IMG/VR virus record: IMGVR_UViG_3300020042_002184
Location: 1-30,201 of that record
Length of the DNA stretch: 30,201 nucleotides
DNA from: a virus
Taxonomy: Duplodnaviria > Caudoviricetes
Strand: one strand, 5' to 3'
Shown: positions 24,957 through 30,201 of the stretch, piece by piece
How positions within the stretch are numbered: position 1 is the first letter of the stretch
Layout of the letters: each line of letters starts with the position of its first letter
Notes under the pieces: model-generated
What the model was told of the DNA's origin: nothing
Seen by the model: only the letters and a program-made list of their open reading frames with translations
The model's database searches: none
Program-made: the position numbers and the translations under genes

Positions 24957-26557
24957 CACCATTTGCGCTTCACCACTCGATAGAATTTTCCATCGCGTTT
25001 GTACTCAATGGATACTGGGGGAAACCCTTGGTTCATCTGCGCCACCACATAATCAACCGCGTCTGACTCGGCTACCTCGTTGATCTGGTTCAGAACAGCC
25101 TGGGCCTTGTTGGCAATGTAGTACAGCGTACCCAAGGCCTTCTCGCCAGCAAAACCAGAGTGCAATATCGGAAGATATTCGGTGATAGGCGAATCGCTTA
25201 AACCACCGTAGTAGGTGATTGACACCATTAGCTTGCCGCTGGCCTGACTAACGTGACGCCGCCAAGACCAATCGGTAACCGCCATCTCGGTCCCGCTGTC
25301 GCCCATAATGTCGTCATGCTGTAACTTCAACTTCTTAGGCTCAACAGCGGGAAAATCCGTCCCGCAAGCGGGGCATACGCGCACCGCCAGCGCACATATT
25401 TCGTTGCAGTTGTCGCATATTTTGATCGGTGCAACACCGTCGCCCGTTCCTCCCTTTTTGGGAGCTTGGACGTTAGTGATCGGGCCATGCGTTGCCACCA
25501 CCTTGGCAAAATCCAAAACCAAACAATGATCTGTGTGGCTCTTGGGGCGCATCCCTCGACCGGCCATCTGGATGTACAACCCAGGCGACATTGTTGGGCG
25601 CAACATGGCAATCAGGTCAATGTCTGGGTAGTCAAAACCAGTGGTTAGCACGTTGGCGTTAGTCAACGCCTTGATCTTGCCGGTCTTAAATTCCTCAATA
25701 ATCTTCTCGCGTTCTTTCTTGGGCGTGTCGCCTGTCACGCACTTGGCCGGTATGCCCCAATAGTTAAGGATCTCGCAGACGTTCTCAGCGTGAGATACAC
25801 CCGTGCAGAAAAACAACCAGTGCTGCCGGTCTTCTGCCAGAGCAATCACCTCTGATACGACTCGGACATTCTGGTCTTTGGTGTTGACCGCCTTCTGCAA
25901 CTCGCCTTCCACAAATTCACCACCGCGCTTGGCAACGCCTGTTGTGTCCAACGCGGTAGATGTAATCTTGGATCGCAGCGGGGCCAGATGCTTCTTAAAG
26001 ATCAACTCTTCAATAGTCACCGGTTCAATCAAAGCGTTAAAGATCGCCGGCTCATCCGTGATCATGCCGTGGCCTAACCTGTACGGTGTAGCTGTTAGGC
26101 CAATGACCCGCAGGTTAGGGTTGATGCGTTGAAGCTGGCGTAGCAGGTCACGATAGCCGCCCGTGTTCTTATGGTTTACTAGGTGGCACTCGTCAATGAT
26201 CACCAGATCAACGTAGTCAATTTGCGCCGCCTTGTCCCGCACCGACTGAATGCCAGCAAACGTGATTGGCTGGTGCAGTTCACGCCGCCCTATGCCCGCG
26301 CTGTAAATGCCAAGCGGGGCGTCAGGCCAATGTGTGTACATTTTCTCGGCGTTCTGTTCAATTAGCTCCTTAACGTGGGTCAACATAAGAACTCGCGTCT
26401 CAGGCCATTTGGTCAACGCATCTTGGCAAAGTGCGGCAACAAGGTGGCTTTTGCCTGAGCCTGTTGGCAGCACTAGACATGGGTTGCCTTTGTAGCCAGC
26501 AAGAAACCAGTTGTACAAGTCGGTAATGGCCCGCTGCTGGTAGTCACGCAAGATCAT
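24956..26557 (-). CDS. Superfamily 2 DEAD/DEAH helicase with a C-terminal Zn finger (RadD/YejH-like)
   Basis: LRDYQ, PTGSGKS, DECH, TATP, LTTGFD, QMAGRGMR; CDNC..CPAC. Confidence 0.93.
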   Translation of the reverse strand: MILRDYQQRAITDLYNWFLAGYKGNPCLVLPTGSGKSHLVAALCQDALTKWPETRVLMLTHVKELIEQNAEKMYTHWPDAPLGIYSAGIGRRELHQPITFAGIQSVRDKAAQIDYVDLVIIDECHLVNHKNTGGYRDLLRQLQRINPNLRVIGLTATPYRLGHGMITDEPAIFNALIEPVTIEELIFKKHLAPLRSKITSTALDTTGVAKRGGEFVEGELQKAVNTKDQNVRVVSEVIALAEDRQHWLFFCTGVSHAENVCEILNYWGIPAKCVTGDTPKKEREKIIEEFKTGKIKALTNANVLTTGFDYPDIDLIAMLRPTMSPGLYIQMAGRGMRPKSHTDHCLVLDFAKVVATHGPITNVQAPKKGGTGDGVAPIKICDNCNEICALAVRVCPACGTDFPAVEPKKLKLQHDDIMGDSGTEMAVTDWSWRRHVSQASGKLMVSITYYGGLSDSPITEYLPILHSGFAGEKALGTLYYIANKAQAVLNQINEVAESDAVDYVVAQMNQGFPPVSIEYKRDGKFYRVVKRKW

Positions 26558-27579
26558 CCCATGATCCTTGCATCAAACATCTTGCGAAACTCAATCATGC
26601 CTTCGTCAGATTCGGCACAAGCTTCGGCGTTAGCGACCAACTCCTTGGACCCATACACACCATCTCCAGGCTCGCCGTTAACCACTTCCTTGCCCTTGAT
26701 GACATAGATCGTCTGCCACTGGTCACCGGCTTCCTTGCGCTGCCACGGGACCATATCGGGATGCAGGACATGGCTACCGCAACCCTCACGCTGCCATTCC
26801 ACGGGTATCTCGCTACCTGCGTGGCGCTCGCAGATCCACTTGGAGTTTTCAGTCGCGGTGCTATGGGCGCAGGTGCGGCAGTTGACCTGTTTGGTCAGGC
26901 GGTCGCCGTGGCAGAACTCATGAGCAGGACACCACTTGCATTGATACCAACTTGGATCGGCGCTTAACGGCTCTGGCATCCGATCAGATAGGGCTATGCG
27001 CTTGCCACGGGCTATTGCGTTTTCGGCGACGCCTTTGTCGTACTCCACCCGCTCTGTGTAGAGTCGGTCGTCATCTTTGCAGACAGCCACATACAACGCG
27101 CGGTCAATACCAGTGCCGTGCATATAAGACTGCATTTGCACAAAGTGATCAAACTTGGCGCGCTCCACACCCTTGTCTTCAACCTGCTCGAAGCTCTTTT
27201 TGTTGTGGGTTTTATACTCACAAACGTGTTTCTTCTGTGGCGCTCCCGGCACTCCAGATATTGCGATGTCATCTATGCTCCCGCTAATGTGGCAACCAAA
27301 GTCCACCCGTTCTTGCGCCGTTCCTGGTTTGAACTGGATGCCAATGGCTTGCAGATCATCTTTGATCGTGGCTTCTTCATTCTGGCCGCGACGAAACATA
27401 CGCAACACGCGACCTTCAAACTTATTTGCCACCGCCCATCTAAACGACAGCCATAGCCAACGGTCGCAAGGGTGACCCAATTGGCTTGCACCAAGATGTG
27501 CCCTTGGCTTCTCTGGCTTGTCTGCGTGGTGTTGGTCGATTAGTTCTGGGATGCTATACTGAGCGTCAGGGATTTTCAT
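26554..27579 (-). CDS. Cas4-like/RecB-family PD-(D/E)xK exonuclease with Fe-S cysteines
   Basis: HLGASQLGHPCDR, GSIDD..EYKT, QMQSYM, CKWCPAHEFC, CRTCAH; start probably ATG 27579 (AAGGAG RBS). Confidence 0.85.
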   Translation of the reverse strand: MKIPDAQYSIPELIDQHHADKPEKPRAHLGASQLGHPCDRWLWLSFRWAVANKFEGRVLRMFRRGQNEEATIKDDLQAIGIQFKPGTAQERVDFGCHISGSIDDIAISGVPGAPQKKHVCEYKTHNKKSFEQVEDKGVERAKFDHFVQMQSYMHGTGIDRALYVAVCKDDDRLYTERVEYDKGVAENAIARGKRIALSDRMPEPLSADPSWYQCKWCPAHEFCHGDRLTKQVNCRTCAHSTATENSKWICERHAGSEIPVEWQREGCGSHVLHPDMVPWQRKEAGDQWQTIYVIKGKEVVNGEPGDGVYGSKELVANAEACAESDEGMIEFRKMFDARIMG

Positions 27580-27603
27580 TTCGTGCTCTCTCCTTGGTAT
27601 CTT

Positions 27604-27633
27604 TGCCCCGGCACTCCACCGGGGCATTTTTTT
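27604..27633 (+). terminator. Intrinsic terminator with its U tract on the + strand, antisense to the local genes
   Basis: TGCCCCGG-CACTCCA-CCGGGGCA-TTTTTTT. Confidence 0.7.
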
Positions 27634-27638
27634 GCCTG

Positions 27639-28118
27639 TTACTTCTTGGCCCAGGGTGGTGCAGCCTTCACACCGGCAGCGGGAACTGATGGTGCAGCCT
27701 TGGGTGCAGGTGCAGCACCGCCAGACAACGACTTAAACCCGCGCACTTCGTTGCTGTTGCCATACTGCTCAGAAATCCGAATATCCAGTTTGATTGACAA
27801 GTTGCCGCCAATCATCTGGTCCGTATCTTTAAGCGAAGTCAGGCCAATCGCCCGCATGATCTCGCCCAACTGCTGGCGACCGATCTCCTCGGCCTTTGGG
27901 TTGGCGTTGCGTACATTTAGGTTGCCAAACACCACGCGCCCTTGGTGCGTCGGGCCTTGGATGTCGTAGCGGATCTTGATGTACTTGCCATTCCCCATCT
28001 TCGTAGGCATCACTTCTGCGTTAGAGATTGTTGCGGTGTACCAGCCAGCGGGCAGGGGTTCAAAGTTGCGCTCCGACTGGGGCAGCGAGGCAACGTCATA
28101 AGTTTCGTCTAAAAGCAT
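27639..28118 (-). CDS. DUF669 family ssDNA-binding protein
   Basis: FEPLPAGWYTATI..GRVVFGNLN..NEVRGFK; Pro/Ala tail ending PPWAKK; follows the AAA_24 ATPase module. Confidence 0.82.
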   Translation of the reverse strand: MLLDETYDVASLPQSERNFEPLPAGWYTATISNAEVMPTKMGNGKYIKIRYDIQGPTHQGRVVFGNLNVRNANPKAEEIGRQQLGEIMRAIGLTSLKDTDQMIGGNLSIKLDIRISEQYGNSNEVRGFKSLSGGAAPAPKAAPSVPAAGVKAAPPWAKK

Positions 28119-28119
28119 T

Positions 28120-28524
28120 TCACTTCCTTGTGATTGTGAACGATGGGCGACCGGGCTTGGCAGTTATTGCTGCCGCAAACGGTTTGGTAATTGACTCGTC
28201 TGTTGCCTTCCAGACGGTCATATTGATCTCGGGTTTCCAACGGAACACCGTAGACAGATGATCTTCACTACCTGTTTCATGGGCGATGACTAGCAACTTG
28301 TCAGCGTTGACCGTGCGGTTAACCCGACCTTCAATCTTAATTGCAAAAGGTGACCCGACTTGCACTACGTTTTCAGTACCCTCAAACGTCTCTGGGAAAT
28401 TAACCTTCTTGACAATCTCGTCCTCGATCTTGCGCCGTTTCTCAACGGCCACCTTCTCGGCTTCCTTGTAGCCGATCCAACGCTCGGCCAGTTCGTCCAA
28501 GGTGATGTCGTCAAACACTCTCAT
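28120..28524 (-). CDS. Conserved hypothetical protein of the Sak4/SSB module
   Basis: ATG 28524 overlaps the ATPase stop; FRWKPEIN..W and AITAKPGRPSF motifs. Confidence 0.7.
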   Translation of the reverse strand: MRVFDDITLDELAERWIGYKEAEKVAVEKRRKIEDEIVKKVNFPETFEGTENVVQVGSPFAIKIEGRVNRTVNADKLLVIAHETGSEDHLSTVFRWKPEINMTVWKATDESITKPFAAAITAKPGRPSFTITRK

Positions 28525-29192
28525 GATCCAATCTTCCTTATGATGTCGCCGAGATCGGCGTCTTCCCACACTTCCAACTTGCCGCTACGGTCCTTGGCAA
28601 GCCACAACCCATCGCCATCGGTCATCAATGCACGGCGGGTGTTGCCCTCAGCGTCCTTCTCAACCCGCAGGGCCAGCACTTCATCGAAGAAGTAGGGCAA
28701 GCTCTGACCAGTTTTGTTCCCCGGCATGGACGGGGCGTACAACACGCGGCCCATTTCGTCCTGAGTCTTTTCCAATTTTGCCGACATATAAACGTGCTTG
28801 CCGGGGAGATCGCGGAACGCCCGAATGACATCTGCCATCTGTTCCTGCATCGCCCCATACGCGGCCCTCGGATCTTTATTGATCTTCTTCTCAGCGTTCA
28901 GCACCACTTCGGCGATCTCGCTGATACTGTCCAGCGCCACCGACTGGAACTCGCCCGCTTCGGCGCTGCTGGTAAGCCACTTGTAAGCCTCTTGAAGCTC
29001 TGCCATGCTCGTGATTTCTATGAACGGTAGGTTGGTGTCAGCGATGCTCAACAACCCGCCCTCCGCGCTCAATATGACCGGCGTGGGAAGTGTGGGGATA
29101 AGACTGGTCTTCCCCGCTCCGGCTTGACCATAGACCAGCAACTTAACTGCTTGCGCGGTGGCTTCCTTTGTCCTCTTCAATAAAATTGCCAT
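28521..29192 (-). CDS. AAA_24 family ATPase (Sak4-like recombinase)
   Basis: Walker A YGQAGAGKT, SAEGGLLS, Walker B VALDSISE, LAKDRSG; start ATG 29192 with GGAGG RBS. Confidence 0.88.
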   Translation of the reverse strand: MAILLKRTKEATAQAVKLLVYGQAGAGKTSLIPTLPTPVILSAEGGLLSIADTNLPFIEITSMAELQEAYKWLTSSAEAGEFQSVALDSISEIAEVVLNAEKKINKDPRAAYGAMQEQMADVIRAFRDLPGKHVYMSAKLEKTQDEMGRVLYAPSMPGNKTGQSLPYFFDEVLALRVEKDAEGNTRRALMTDGDGLWLAKDRSGKLEVWEDADLGDIIRKIGS

Positions 29193-29302
29193 CAGATGCC
29201 TCCACTTAATGCAAGAAACAAGACGATGGCAGCAGATGCGCCGACCGCAATTGACGCCAATATGATGACCCAAGGCGGGTCTTCTTTATGTTCAAACTTC
29301 AT
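29192..29302 (-). CDS. 36-aa single-pass membrane protein (MKFEHKEDPPWVIILASIAVGASAAIVLFLALSGGI)
   Basis: Translated by hand; AAGGAG RBS; TGATG overlap with the ATPase start. Confidence 0.72.
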   Translation of the reverse strand: MKFEHKEDPPWVIILASIAVGASAAIVLFLALSGGI

Positions 29303-29304
29303 GG

Positions 29305-29586
29305 TTACTCCTTAAGTAAAATAGCGGCGTTGTACAGACCACGGCGAGGATTATTCGCCACCACCTTGCGATGGCCGTTGACCTGCCCACCAAAGGTGAG
29401 CGTGTCAATTGACCGAAAGGTTTCCCCTTCCGTTATCAATAATTTGCCGTTAGGAAACAGCTTCACCCCTCCTTCGCTTGTGGCGGGCAATTTGTTGACA
29501 TAGGAGACCTTGTCGGCCTCCTTCATCAAGCCGGTCCAATCTTTACGTTCGTAACAAGTCTGAAGTGCTTCGTTGACGAATTTCAT
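29305..29586 (-). CDS. Hypothetical protein, first gene of the early operon
   Basis: Probable start ATG 29586 after AAGGA; the longer ORF-track start runs through the promoter and cro. Confidence 0.6.
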   Translation of the reverse strand: MKFVNEALQTCYERKDWTGLMKEADKVSYVNKLPATSEGGVKLFPNGKLLITEGETFRSIDTLTFGGQVNGHRKVVANNPRRGLYNAAILLKE

Positions 29587-29646
29587 AACATCACTATCCT
29601 TGGTTGTTGCTGCACCGTCCGGCCATCGGTTCGTGCAGTTGTTGCT

Positions 29647-29675
29647 ACTTTGCCCGTTTAACTTTAGAGTGTCAA
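29647..29675 (-). promoter_or_regulatory. Sigma70-type leftward early promoter
   Basis: TTGACA (29675-29670), 17-bp spacer, CAAAGT (29652-29647) in the divergent intergenic region. Confidence 0.6.
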
Positions 29676-29704
29676 CACAAAGTTTCAACCAAGGTGGAAA
29701 AAAA

Positions 29705-29878
29705 GTGACAACGAACGAGGCGATACAATTTTTTGGGAGCTTGAAGAAGCTTGCCGATGCGCTTGGAATATGGCCGCAGGTCATCTACAGGTGGGGTGAA
29801 CGGCCCCCGATGGCCCGTCAATACGAGATTGAAGTCAAGACTGAGGGAAAGCTGCGTGCAGATCATGAGCAAGATTGA
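29705..29878 (+). CDS. Cro-like HTH transcriptional regulator
   Basis: GTG start after AAGGTGG; EAIQFFGSLKKLADALGIWPQVIYRWGERPPMARQYEIEVKTEGKL is the P22-Cro/DicC-type pattern. Confidence 0.88.
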   Translation: MTTNEAIQFFGSLKKLADALGIWPQVIYRWGERPPMARQYEIEVKTEGKLRADHEQD

Positions 29879-29957
29879 ACCAACCATAACCAATCGAGTA
29901 GAGAGCAAGATTGAAGCCGCCCTGACTTACGCCTCGTGGGGCTGGCGAGTGTTACCC
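29865..29957 (+). pseudogene. N-terminal fragment of a bifunctional primase-polymerase (Prim-Pol), interrupted at about 29957
   Basis: MSKIEPTITNRVESKIEAALTYASWGWRVLP matches the AAL.YA..GW.V.P start of Prim-Pol; the frame stays open but the expected K.P..G..DAT motif does not follow. Confidence 0.6.
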
Positions 29958-30201
29958 CCGATGTTACCCCCTATGTGGTCAACCGTAACGGGCGTAACCT
30001 CAACCGTAACCGGCTCAGTTACGGTTAGCAACGGCGTGTCCATCTCAATGATCTCAGCCTCGATGAGCCGTGCTTGCGCCTGGGCGAGCGCGTCCGTGAT
30101 GCTGATGTTGCCGCTCACCTCGATCTGGCGCGGCGCTTCGGTCCAGCGCATCTGCGTCTTTGTCCACCAGATTAGCGACGTCACGTCGCCGGCCATCGCC
30201 T
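29927..30201 (-). CDS. C-terminal part of a terminase small subunit-like protein, 5' truncated by the window edge
   Basis: AMAGDVTSLIWWTKTQMRW.E..IEVSGNISITDALAQAQARL resembles phage TerS C-termini; the last ~8 codons lie across the junction. Confidence 0.55.
   Translation of the reverse strand, partial: AMAGDVTSLIWWTKTQMRWTEAPRQIEVSGNISITDALAQAQARLIEAEIIEMDTPLLTVTEPVTVEVTPVTVDHIGGNIGGNTRQPHEA

Noticed and set aside
24956-27579. CRISPR-Cas locus, suggested by the Cas4-like nuclease and helicase
   Set aside because: No array or other cas genes; Sak4-like ATPase, DUF669, Cas4-like nuclease, helicase and VRR-NUC form an ordinary phage recombination/replication module
29573-29784. Extended starts in the ORF track (29573 +, 29784 -; also 9932, 13869, 20710, 27627, 28569, 29273)
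   Set aside because: Downstream starts have better RBS or stop-start coupling; the extensions cross promoters, hairpins or neighbouring genes
29867-29915. 13-bp direct repeat GAGCAAGATTGAA as an att site or operator
   Set aside because: In-frame SKIE duplication 36 bp apart at a gene start, with no integrase; likely a local duplication
1-30201. tRNA, rRNA, IS elements, introns or stop-codon recoding
   Set aside because: Intergenic gaps are short, no cloverleaf or transposase was seen, and genes tile fully under the standard bacterial code

Overview
The whole window is tailed-phage DNA with a P22-like podovirus layout; no host genes, integrase, tRNA or CRISPR array are visible. The + strand from 1 to 22956 is the late region: five fibre/adhesin genes (including a 5x LamG protein and a fibre chaperone), scaffold, P22 gp5-type capsid, two small capsid-associated proteins, gp4- and gp10-like tail proteins, a fibre adaptor plus 7-repeat beta-propeller, a cupin, three DNA-ejection proteins, and a lysis region (XhlA-like protein, acidic orphan, HTH-metallophosphoesterase, GH108 endolysin, 3TM holin). 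The - strand from 22885 to 29586 is the early operon: small ORFs, VRR-NUC, SF2 helicase, Cas4-like exonuclease, DUF669 SSB-like protein and AAA_24/Sak4-like ATPase. A divergent Cro-like gene follows. A Prim-Pol-like gene breaks after about 31 codons into an inverted terminase-small-subunit-like fragment, probably a chimeric or inversion junction near 29955. The most interesting signals are (i) an apparent C-terminus-to-N-terminus relay grammar linking adjacent fibre/adhesin genes, (ii) sharp T-rich core versus C-rich linker mosaicism in the LamG adhesin, (iii) a recurrent NAL(A) peptide in all three ejection proteins, and (iv) a cupin in the slot before the ejection genes. All family calls come from motif recognition by eye; no database search was run.
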